Shown piece after piece: positions 33,443 through 41,283 of a stretch of DNA of 64,000 nt. Under the pieces are notes generated by a model. That model was not told the DNA's origin, made no database searches, and saw only the letters and a program-made list of their open reading frames with translations. The DNA is from Bacteroidales bacterium (GTDB lineage: Bacteria > Bacteroidota > Bacteroidia > Bacteroidales > UBA7960), in assembly GCA_007118495.1 (NCBI GenBank), contig SKRM01000032.1, positions 34,223 through 98,222 of the forward strand. Reading direction: 5' to 3'. How positions within the stretch are numbered: the first letter of the stretch is position 1; each line of letters starts with the position of its first letter. The translations under genes were made by a program, and so were the position numbers.

Positions 33443-33985
33443 CTATTTTTTGCGGTCAAAAAATGGATTTTTTGATGTGGCGCTCATAGGAATTCCGTAG
33501 ATAATTCTGAATTCTTTACCAAGTAACCCCATATGCATTGCTGCAACACCTATTGTGTACATGATCCTGTTATCAATTCTTGCATCCATGGCCACGCTCA
33601 CTGCAGAACCAACGGCAATTCCCAGATCTCCGGTGTTAAAGACACAGGGGACTGCCGGATGTTTATCCTTTTCTTCACAGTTGGTAAATCCGCAAAGCCC
33701 GCATGTCTTCAACCCCAATGTTCTGATTTTAGTTCCCACAAGCACCACCACATCGGCTGAAGACAGCACATTGGCCGCATCCCGTAAAAAAATGGGGTTG
33801 TCTTCTTTTTCCCCTATCTCTTTCATGGTTTTAGCAAGGCTCTGAATATCATTTCCGGTAAGGATAGACATAGCCATGTTGTTCACCCCACGAGCCTTGG
33901 GTGCGGTCCGGGCAGCCAGAACCATTCTTCTGGCCACCGACAACAGGGTATCCTGGCGAAGTTCGTTTTCGTTAATGATAGCCAT
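33443..33985 (-). CDS. DUF2148-like ferredoxin-domain protein with CX2CX4CX10C cluster
   Basis: 180 aa: ARTAPKARG..., TCGLCGFTNCEEKDKHPAVPC. Starts 9 nt after the stop of the upstream DnaB-like gene. Confidence 0.6.
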   Translation of the reverse strand: MAIINENELRQDTLLSVARRMVLAARTAPKARGVNNMAMSILTGNDIQSLAKTMKEIGEKEDNPIFLRDAANVLSSADVVVLVGTKIRTLGLKTCGLCGFTNCEEKDKHPAVPCVFNTGDLGIAVGSAVSVAMDARIDNRIMYTIGVAAMHMGLLGKEFRIIYGIPMSATSKNPFFDRKK

Positions 33986-33994
33986 AATGATCTA

Positions 33995-34897
33995 TTAAGA
34001 AAAATCTGCAAATTTGGCAATACTTTCAATAAAATGAAGTGGGACAACGACTTCCCGGTCGGGTTCGGTAGTTTTTGCCACTATAAGTTCAACGCTGCTA
34101 CCAATGGGCTGTTGTGATCCGGCAACAGGAAAGGCATCATTGCGGTGAAGCACCATGAGCACATCCGATTCTTCCCTTAAAAATGCCGGCATGGCCCCCA
34201 TTGAAGGCCTGCCTGCCGGAATCAGACTGTTTGTGTGACCTGCCGACTGAGAAAATAAAATAACGGGAGTATTCAGCTCTTGGGCCATGGCTTTAATCTC
34301 ATTCATTATTCCAGCCAACCTGACTGAGGGATCGCCTTCACCTGCAAGGGCAGTTGTAAGTAATTCAAGGTAATCAACAATGATCAGATCAACTTTGTGG
34401 AGGCCACATAATTTACCTGCTTTAATCCGAAGTTCTTCAACAGCCAGGGCTGGTGTATCGTCAATGTAGATCTTGGCTTTTGCAATGCTGCTGAGCAGTG
34501 AAAGCATATGGTCCCTTTCACTGTCTTTGAATTTTCCTGACTGCAGCCTGTTAAGCGACATTCCGGTTTCACTTTCGATAAGCCGGTTGGTCATTTTGAT
34601 GTTAGACCGCTCAGATGAGAAAATGGCCACCGAGTAAGTATCTTTTATGGCCATATTATTGGCAATGGACAATAAAAAAGCGGTCTTACCCATACCTGGC
34701 TTCACCGCAATTGTATACATTTGTCCTTTTTTGAATCCTCCGATTGCTTTGTCCAGCTCACGGAAGCCTGAGGGAATTCCCTCAGCTGGAAGGTTTAAAC
34801 CGAAATCTTTGTTCAGGGTCTGGTTTACCAGTGCACGAATGCTGGTAAACCCCAAACCCTCTGGGAGCTCTGTGATTTCTAAGGTGTTTGTTTCCAT
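33995..34897 (-). CDS. DnaB-family RecA-like ATPase lacking the DnaB N-terminal domain (DnaB_C-only paralog)
   Basis: 300 aa: Walker A KPGMGKTAF, FSSERS, IYIDDTPAL, Walker B LIIVDYLELL. Collinear with residues ~200-470 of the dnaB product in this window. Confidence 0.8.
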   Translation of the reverse strand: METNTLEITELPEGLGFTSIRALVNQTLNKDFGLNLPAEGIPSGFRELDKAIGGFKKGQMYTIAVKPGMGKTAFLLSIANNMAIKDTYSVAIFSSERSNIKMTNRLIESETGMSLNRLQSGKFKDSERDHMLSLLSSIAKAKIYIDDTPALAVEELRIKAGKLCGLHKVDLIIVDYLELLTTALAGEGDPSVRLAGIMNEIKAMAQELNTPVILFSQSAGHTNSLIPAGRPSMGAMPAFLREESDVLMVLHRNDAFPVAGSQQPIGSSVELIVAKTTEPDREVVVPLHFIESIAKFADFS

Positions 34898-35023
34898 AAT
34901 GAGAAGTATTTTATAAACGGGATAGAAAAAATCTTATCTGCTGTTTTTAGAGAACCCACAATATAAGGAATTTTTTTTAAAAAAGGATATTTGAACTTTT
35001 TTGACCCTGTTTCGTTATGTAAG

Positions 35024-35038
35024 TTGATTTGATTTGAT
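35024..35038 (+). repeat. three tandem TTGAT pentamers immediately upstream of the MerR-family gene start
   Basis: TTGATTTGATTTGAT ends 3 nt before the ATG at 35042. TTGAAC (34991) and TTGACC (35001) lie upstream, 10 bp apart. Confidence 0.8.
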
Positions 35039-35041
35039 AAA

Positions 35042-35926
35042 ATGATGATGCGATATTCAATTAATGATCTTGAAAAATTATCAGGAATCAAGGCCCATAC
35101 CATCAGGATATGGGAGAAGAGGTATAATATTGTAACCCCTTCGCGCACCGATAGCAACATCAGGTATTACAGCGACTATGACTTGAAAAGAATACTAAAC
35201 ATAAGTACGCTGAACAAACACGGCTTTAAAATATCTCAGATTGCCCGCATGCCAGAAGAAGATGTGAAGGAGAAGATCATGGAAATATCGGGCAACAATC
35301 ATGATTACGAAAGCATCATCAACGGACTCATTGTATCAATGATAGAGCTTAACGAAGACGCATTTGAACACATATTAAGTAATGCCGCCATCAAGCTTGG
35401 ATTTGAAAAAACCGTAACACATGCTTTGTATCCTTTTCTTGAGAAAGTAGGCACACTATGGCAGATTGGAACCATCAACCCCGCCCAGGAACACTTCATT
35501 ACTTATCTGATCAGGCAAAAGCTTATAATCGCCATTGACGGACAGGCAAAGACCCCTGCACCCGGAGCAAAAACATTTTTGTTGTTTCTTCCGGAAAATG
35601 AACTACACGAACTGGGGCTGCTTTTCTATAGTTTTTTGCTGAAGAAAAACGGATACAAAGTTATTTATCTTGGCCAGTCAGTGCCTTTTAATGATCTGCT
35701 TGAGGTGATCAGAATTCGCAACACTGATTATCTGCTCACCTATTTTGTTGCAGCCCTGAACCAAAAAGAGATCCCACCTTATATCAAAAAAATATCCTCT
35801 GCCATGCCTGGCAAAAAGATCATTGTAACCGGAATACAACTCAGTGAGCCTTTAACAGGCCTGCCCGATAATGTAATTCAGGTGAAAGATGCAGAAGACT
35901 TCAAAAAAGTGCTAAAAACACTCTAA
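35042..35926 (+). CDS. MerR-family transcriptional regulator with CarH/LitR-like B12-binding C-terminal domain
   Basis: N-terminal MerR HTH. Wx9EH (W140..E150 H151, nt 35459-35494) and ExHxxG (E187..G192, nt 35600-35617). Confidence 0.75.
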   Translation: MMMRYSINDLEKLSGIKAHTIRIWEKRYNIVTPSRTDSNIRYYSDYDLKRILNISTLNKHGFKISQIARMPEEDVKEKIMEISGNNHDYESIINGLIVSMIELNEDAFEHILSNAAIKLGFEKTVTHALYPFLEKVGTLWQIGTINPAQEHFITYLIRQKLIIAIDGQAKTPAPGAKTFLLFLPENELHELGLLFYSFLLKKNGYKVIYLGQSVPFNDLLEVIRIRNTDYLLTYFVAALNQKEIPPYIKKISSAMPGKKIIVTGIQLSEPLTGLPDNVIQVKDAEDFKKVLKTL

Positions 35927-36025
35927 ATTTTTTTTAACCTTTTTTCACATCTTTTTCTATCTGCGGTTTTATGCCGTTGGTTGACGGCTATATTTTGTTT
36001 ATAGAAAAACCCGGTTTAGCCTCAT

Positions 36026-36197
36026 TTTTGTTTAACCTATTAGACAGTCTCAGAAGTCATTAAATTTGCATTAATGCATTTTAATGCTTAATTTTATATT
36101 GCAAACAGATTTATATCGCACACGAATCACCATAATTGCTAAACTAAATTTGTTAAATAATTCTAAACTGCTTGCGAAACAGAATATTTTGTTTAAC
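36026..36197 (+). repeat. 11-nt direct repeat TTTTGTTTAAC at both ends (36026-36036 and 36187-36197)
   Basis: Exact 11-mer seen twice. A 9/11 variant TTTTGTTTATA lies at 35993-36003. The second copy overlaps the candidate -7 box. Confidence 0.8.
36067..36078. repeat. perfect 12-bp palindrome TGCATTAATGCA, with TTAATGC repeated 10 bp downstream
   Basis: Read directly. TTAATGC lies at 36071-36077 and at 36081-36087. Confidence 0.85.
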
Positions 36198-36201
36198 TTT
36201 G
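36194..36201 (+). promoter_or_regulatory. candidate -7 promoter box (TAACTTTG) for the ECF sigma gene
   Basis: Matches TAnnTTTG, 40 nt upstream of the ATG at 36241. Confidence 0.4.
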
Positions 36202-36240
36202 ATTTAAAACAATTAAACAACAATTAAAACCCATCACGAT

Positions 36241-36738
36241 ATGACAGCATTAGAATTTAACTATAAGCTCCTGGGGTTGCAAAAGAATCTGAAGTATTTT
36301 GCATACACATTAACCTCAAACTACGAAGATGCACAAGACCTGGTACAGGAAACCTATCTGAAGGCATTAACAAATCGCGAAAAGTTTACTGACAATACCA
36401 ATTTGAAGGCATGGACTTTTACGATTATGAAGAATACCTTCATTAATAATTACAGGCAAAATGTACGCAATAACACCATCCTTGACAAGACTGACGACCT
36501 CTATTACCTGAATCTTTCAAAAGAGAGCAGCATAGGGCTTCCAGATTCTGACTACACACTGAAGGAAATGCACAAGGCCATTGAAAAAATCAGTCCTGAA
36601 CAACGCACCCCCTTTGTGATGTACAACCAGGGGTACAAGTACAAGGAAATTGCCGAAAAGCTCGATTTGTCAATCGGTACAGTGAAGAGCCGTATCTTCT
36701 TCACCAGGAAAAAACTCATGGACGCACTGAAAGACTAA
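36241..36738 (+). CDS. ECF-type RNA polymerase sigma-70 family factor
   Basis: 165 aa. Region 2 DAQDLVQETYLKAL...LKAWTFTIMKNTFINNYR. Region 4 HTH YKEIAEKLDLSIGTVKSRIFFTRKKL. Confidence 0.85.
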   Translation: MTALEFNYKLLGLQKNLKYFAYTLTSNYEDAQDLVQETYLKALTNREKFTDNTNLKAWTFTIMKNTFINNYRQNVRNNTILDKTDDLYYLNLSKESSIGLPDSDYTLKEMHKAIEKISPEQRTPFVMYNQGYKYKEIAEKLDLSIGTVKSRIFFTRKKLMDALKD

Positions 36739-36780
36739 TCCACAAAATGGCATAACCCCATATTTTCCCTTTATAAGCTC

Positions 36781-36807
36781 TCCCCGGCAGGTTTTACCAG
36801 TCGGGGA
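36781..36807 (+). terminator. weak candidate terminator after the sigma gene
   Basis: TCCCCG-15 nt loop-CGGGGA followed by TTCTTTTATCTTT. Short stem and large loop. Confidence 0.3.
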
Positions 36808-36813
36808 TTCTTT

Positions 36814-36821
36814 TATCTTTG
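36814..36821 (+). promoter_or_regulatory. candidate -7 promoter box (TATCTTTG) for aspartate kinase
   Basis: Matches TAnnTTTG, 30 nt upstream of the ATG at 36851. Confidence 0.4.
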
Positions 36822-36850
36822 TACAGCAAACCAACCACTACCTGATCAGT

Positions 36851-38146
36851 ATGCGTGTATTTAAATTTGGAGGTGCTTCGGTTAAAGACCCTGATTCAGT
36901 GCGTAATGTTGCCAGAATAATTATTGATCATCATGGCAGCGGACCTTTGGTCGTGGTTTTATCAGCCATGGGAAAAACCACCAATGCCCTCGAACAACTT
37001 TGTGCAAACTTTATGGAGGGCAAGACAACGGCTATGCTGAAAATATTTGAGCAAATCCGTGACGTGCATTTCGATATTGCCAGAGATCTTTTCCCTGACA
37101 GCAAGCATGCTATTTTCAAAATATTGGAGCAATCGTTTTATCATTTATACTATTACATAAGTGAACCCCCCGGAAAAAATTACAACTACGAATACGACCG
37201 CATAGTGTCTACAGGTGAGGTGGTTTCAACCCAGATACTCAGCGCTTACCTGAAAGAAGCCGGACTGTCAAACAGGCTTTTCCCGGCACAGAAGCTGGTC
37301 ATCACCGATGCCAGTTTTCGTGATGCAAGGGTCGACTGGATTCTGACCACTCAGTCAATCCAAAAACAGCTTACACCATTTCTGAAACAGGGTGCCGGGC
37401 CATGCAGTCCTTCGTTGGTAATCACCCAGGGGTTCATAGGAGGCACACCGCAGGGCTTCACCACCACTCTGGGCAGAGAGGGGTCTGACTTTACTGCGGC
37501 CATCCTGGCCTATGCATTAAACGCCAGTGAGGTAGTTATCTGGAAAGATGTACCCGGACTACTAAATGCAGATCCCAAATTACTCGCTGAAACCGTCCTG
37601 CTCGATAACATAAGCTATCAGGAAGCCATAGAGCTCTCCTATTACGGGGCAACCATCATCCACCCAAAAACCCTGAAGCCCCTGTTAAGCAAAAACATAC
37701 AACTGAAAGTCAAATCATTTCACGATCCTTCCATGCCAGGATCGGTTATCAATGATAATCAGCATCATGATGGGCAGATCCCCTCATTTATCTTTAAATT
37801 CAATCAGGTTCTTGCATCTATATTCCCCAAAGACTTCAGTTTTATAGCTGAAGATAATTTATCCATCATTTTCAGTGATTTTGCCAGACATGGTGTAAAG
37901 ATCAACCTGATGCAGAATTCGGCAATCAGTTTCTCTGTTTGTTTTGACAAGGATAAGACCAAAACACCTGCCTTACTCAAAGACCTGAATAAGAACTTCT
38001 CCGTTAAGTACAATGATAACCTTGAGTTAATCACTGTCAGGCATTATGACAAGGCCAATCTGCAAGATATTATTAAAAACAGAGAGGTTTTGTTGGAGCA
38101 GAAAAGTCGTACCACGTTGCAACTGGTCGTACAGAAAAAAACCTGA
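36851..38146 (+). CDS. aspartate kinase
   Basis: MRVFKFGGASVKD..., VVVLSAMGKTTN, LGREGSDFTAA, C-terminal ACT-like region. Confidence 0.88.
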   Translation: MRVFKFGGASVKDPDSVRNVARIIIDHHGSGPLVVVLSAMGKTTNALEQLCANFMEGKTTAMLKIFEQIRDVHFDIARDLFPDSKHAIFKILEQSFYHLYYYISEPPGKNYNYEYDRIVSTGEVVSTQILSAYLKEAGLSNRLFPAQKLVITDASFRDARVDWILTTQSIQKQLTPFLKQGAGPCSPSLVITQGFIGGTPQGFTTTLGREGSDFTAAILAYALNASEVVIWKDVPGLLNADPKLLAETVLLDNISYQEAIELSYYGATIIHPKTLKPLLSKNIQLKVKSFHDPSMPGSVINDNQHHDGQIPSFIFKFNQVLASIFPKDFSFIAEDNLSIIFSDFARHGVKINLMQNSAISFSVCFDKDKTKTPALLKDLNKNFSVKYNDNLELITVRHYDKANLQDIIKNREVLLEQKSRTTLQLVVQKKT

Positions 38147-38158
38147 TTAATAAAAGCA

Positions 38159-39106
38159 CTAATCCAATTTTCTGATTTTTTCAAAAAGCACATCAGATAG
38201 CTGAATAAGCGATTCATGTGTCCATCCGGCGACATGGGGTGTCATAACCACTGCCGGGTGATCTGCCAGGTACCTGAAGGGGGCAGGCAGATCAACCATT
38301 TCAAGTGATTCAAACGACAAGTGCTCATATTCCAGCACATCCAATGCCAGTCCTTTCAGTTTACCTTGCTTTAGCGCTTTAGTCAGATCAGAGGTGTTTA
38401 CAACAGCACCCCTTGAAGTGTTGACCAGGTAAATACTATGTTTAAATTGGCTGAGAAAAGATGCATCGACCAGGTACCTGGTCTCATTTGTCAGAGGTAT
38501 ATGCAGGCTCAGGATGTGGGCTTCATTGAAAATTTCTTCCATGCCGGCTTCTTTGACCATGGATGTACCAAACCCGGTCTTATATTTATCATAAGCTATG
38601 ATTTTCATGCCAAAACCATCCATGCAACGCGCAAAAGCACTCCCCGTATGACCATAACCAATAATGCCAAGAGTCTTTCCCCTAAGCTCCATGCCCCGGT
38701 TCTTCTCACGGTTCCACAATCCCTTTTTTACTTCATAATTGGCATTGCATATATTGTTCACCAGCGACAACAGCATTCCAGCAGCATGTTCTCCTACTGC
38801 GTTTCTGTTTCCCTCAGGTGAATTTAAACAGGCAATACCTTTGCTTCGGGCATAGTCAACATCAATATTTTCAAGGCCACTTCCCACGCGGCCAATGAAG
38901 CGGAGTCTGACCGCATGCTGCAGTTCTTCCCTGCCCAGTTGCAGGCGGCTTCGCACAATGATTCCCGTCAAATCGGGCATCAGCTTCACCAGCTTTTCAA
39001 CCGACATGTCATCTTCAAAAAAACAATGGTAGCCTATGTTTATGAGTTTTTCCATAAGCCGCGGATGTGTTTTGTCCAGAAACAAGACTTCACCTTTGTG
39101 AGACAT
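38159..39106 (-). CDS. D-isomer-specific 2-hydroxyacid dehydrogenase (phosphoglycerate dehydrogenase-like)
   Basis: 315 aa. NAD-binding site GIIGYGHTGSAFA. The SRG...D and TPHVAGWT blocks contain the Arg/His catalytic residues. Confidence 0.8.
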   Translation of the reverse strand: MSHKGEVLFLDKTHPRLMEKLINIGYHCFFEDDMSVEKLVKLMPDLTGIIVRSRLQLGREELQHAVRLRFIGRVGSGLENIDVDYARSKGIACLNSPEGNRNAVGEHAAGMLLSLVNNICNANYEVKKGLWNREKNRGMELRGKTLGIIGYGHTGSAFARCMDGFGMKIIAYDKYKTGFGTSMVKEAGMEEIFNEAHILSLHIPLTNETRYLVDASFLSQFKHSIYLVNTSRGAVVNTSDLTKALKQGKLKGLALDVLEYEHLSFESLEMVDLPAPFRYLADHPAVVMTPHVAGWTHESLIQLSDVLFEKIRKLD

Positions 39107-39118
39107 GGCAACAGATAA

Positions 39119-40426
39119 TTATTGACTTATCATTTCTTGAAATGACTGAAGCAACTCGCGGCCTGCGTTCTGGCAAGCACTGCCTACCCTGTCGATGGAG
39201 AATTCCAGATAATAATCAGGATTCATATCTCGCCTTCCTGAATAAATTACAGGGATCATAAGCTGTTGTCCTGAAATCAGTGTACCATCTCTGCCAAAGC
39301 GCCCAGTGTTTGGTGGATGGTTAATAATAAACCATGAACAGACACCAAACTGGGCATATATCCTGCTCCAGGTATCACCCGACCTGACAGTGTATGCAAC
39401 ATCATCAGGAATAACCGGATCCGGTTTTTGTTCTTCCGGTAAAGGAGCTTCAATCATTTCTTGCATGACGGGCGTTTCAACCGATGGGATCCTGACCGGA
39501 GGCCTGGGGTCGTGGATTAAAAGGTCGTAAACCATGTAAACCACAGCCAGCAATGCCAAAACGTAAAAGATACGCCAGAGCAGGCTTGTGTCTTTTTTGC
39601 CCTTATTTAAGCCTGGTTTTTTTGCCATGTCTATGGTTTCTGTCTGCACATTTGTTTCATCAGAAGCCTCCATCGGGAGCTCTCTTTGATAAGGCTTTCC
39701 CGCTATAAACGCTCTTTTTTCAGTATCCAGGTTATAAAAACCTACCATCACCAAAGCCGCGAGACTACCTGATGCCTTCTCACAAACCATCCGGGTAATC
39801 CTTGCCACTTTGGTCTGCAGGGGCATGGAGTCTTGGATGATGCGGCGTGTAGCCTTTTCTTGAAAGCTTAGACATACTTCATGCGAAGACAAAAGCAAAA
39901 CATCACCATTCACAGGCCTTATACGTCCTGAAGTTACTTCTGGATTGATCATGGGTTCAAGCCCAAGATACCAGGATGATTGCCCGCTTATTTCGGCCTT
40001 TTCGGGGAACCAGGTAAGGGGAAAAAGTTTTTTTCCGGTAAATAGCTGTCCGCATACATCTCCTATCCAGGCAAGAGCAAGATCACCATCCTTATATAAC
40101 CCACATATGCAACTTAAGTTTGCCGGAATCACTGAAGCATCTTTCTTTACCATCTGATATATAAACCCACTGGTGTATGAAAGGGCATTGGCCGCAGCAA
40201 CGTTGATATCCGGCTCTGTTTCGTTCTCAAGGTAATACCTGATCCTTTCAAGGGCAACCTCCGTGAGTTTGGCCTGATGTGCATTGTGCACACCTGAGGA
40301 TACCAAAACAAAAGCATAACCATTGGGAGTATCAAATCCATCCTGCCGGCACATACCTTCAAACTCCGGGCGGCCTTGCTGAGAGAGGCCGGCATACTCA
40401 AAATTGTTTAATTTCCTGGTTGTCAT
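39119..40426 (-). CDS. PP2C-like (apparently degenerate) domain / TM helix / LysM domain protein
   Basis: The N-terminal ~240 aa resemble the PP2C layout (WIGDVCG, GDVLLLSSHE) but lack the DGxGG and DN acidic motifs. TM helix LLWRIFYVLALLAVVYMVYDLLI. LysM YTVRSGDTWSRIYAQFG...GQQLMIP (nt 39251-39394). Confidence 0.55.
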   Translation of the reverse strand: MTTRKLNNFEYAGLSQQGRPEFEGMCRQDGFDTPNGYAFVLVSSGVHNAHQAKLTEVALERIRYYLENETEPDINVAAANALSYTSGFIYQMVKKDASVIPANLSCICGLYKDGDLALAWIGDVCGQLFTGKKLFPLTWFPEKAEISGQSSWYLGLEPMINPEVTSGRIRPVNGDVLLLSSHEVCLSFQEKATRRIIQDSMPLQTKVARITRMVCEKASGSLAALVMVGFYNLDTEKRAFIAGKPYQRELPMEASDETNVQTETIDMAKKPGLNKGKKDTSLLWRIFYVLALLAVVYMVYDLLIHDPRPPVRIPSVETPVMQEMIEAPLPEEQKPDPVIPDDVAYTVRSGDTWSRIYAQFGVCSWFIINHPPNTGRFGRDGTLISGQQLMIPVIYSGRRDMNPDYYLEFSIDRVGSACQNAGRELLQSFQEMISQ

Positions 40427-40442
40427 TGTGGCAGCTTTTTCC

Positions 40443-40450
40443 CAAATTTA
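40443..40450 (-). promoter_or_regulatory. candidate -7 promoter box (TAAATTTG on minus strand); a second match TAATTTTG lies at 40454-40461
   Basis: Matches TAnnTTTG, 16 nt (second match 27 nt) upstream of the ATG at 40426. Confidence 0.3.
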
Positions 40451-40496
40451 ATGCAAAATTAAGGTTTTCCAAGCAAAAGACGACTTGATGCAGTTT

Positions 40497-41273
40497 TTAG
40501 CCTAAAAGCGAGGCAATCTGCACAAATTCTTCCACACCAAGTCTTTCAGGTCGTTCACCAGCAAGGTGCGGAGGCAGCATCTCCCAGTTGACCCCCAAAC
40601 TTTTTATGGAGTTTCTCAGGGTCTTTCTTCGCTGGTTAAACGCCGTTTTCACCACCAGGTAAAAGTGGTTCACCTCGCATCCAAGGCTATGGTTCTCTTT
40701 CAGCCTGCACCTGATAACGGCCGACTGAACCCTGGGGGGAGGAATAAATACATGCGGATCGACCTGAAATAAAATGGTCACATCATAAAAGGCCTGAACC
40801 AAAACACTCAGTATACCATATTCTTTGCTTCCCGGTGGAGATGCTATCCTTCTGGCAACTTCTTTTTGAAACATGCCCACCACTTCAGGAATGTGTTCAC
40901 GATATTCAAGGACGCGAAACATGATCTGTGTGGATATATTATACGGGAAGTTACCAATAATGCCTACAGCTTTACCTTCAAAAAGTGCCTTGAAGTCGAA
41001 TGTCAAAAAATCATCATGAATAATCTTTGAAGTATAAGCTGGATAAGCCTCTCTGAGATAGGCGATTGACTCCCTGTCAATATCAAGTCCGTACCACTCA
41101 AAACGCTTGTCGGCCATCAATGGCTCAGACAAAATGCCGGTACCCGGCCCAATTTCAAGAACCTTTGTATATTGCCCATGTCCTGTCAGGCTGCCTGCAA
41201 TTTTTCGGGCAATATTCTTGTCAGACAGAAAATGCTGACCCAAACTCTTTTTTGGAGATACGAATTGTCTCAC
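40497..41273 (-). CDS. rsmA: 16S rRNA (adenine1518/1519-N6)-dimethyltransferase
   Basis: KKSLGQHFL, VLEIGPGTGILS, GNFPYNIST. Confidence 0.93.
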   Translation of the reverse strand: MRQFVSPKKSLGQHFLSDKNIARKIAGSLTGHGQYTKVLEIGPGTGILSEPLMADKRFEWYGLDIDRESIAYLREAYPAYTSKIIHDDFLTFDFKALFEGKAVGIIGNFPYNISTQIMFRVLEYREHIPEVVGMFQKEVARRIASPPGSKEYGILSVLVQAFYDVTILFQVDPHVFIPPPRVQSAVIRCRLKENHSLGCEVNHFYLVVKTAFNQRRKTLRNSIKSLGVNWEMLPPHLAGERPERLGVEEFVQIASLLG

Positions 41274-41283
41274 CTGGTTGTTT

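Noticed and set aside
36739-36850. Possible lysine riboswitch ahead of aspartate kinase
   Set aside because: 112 nt only. It is occupied by a weak hairpin and a promoter box, and no L-box features were recognised.
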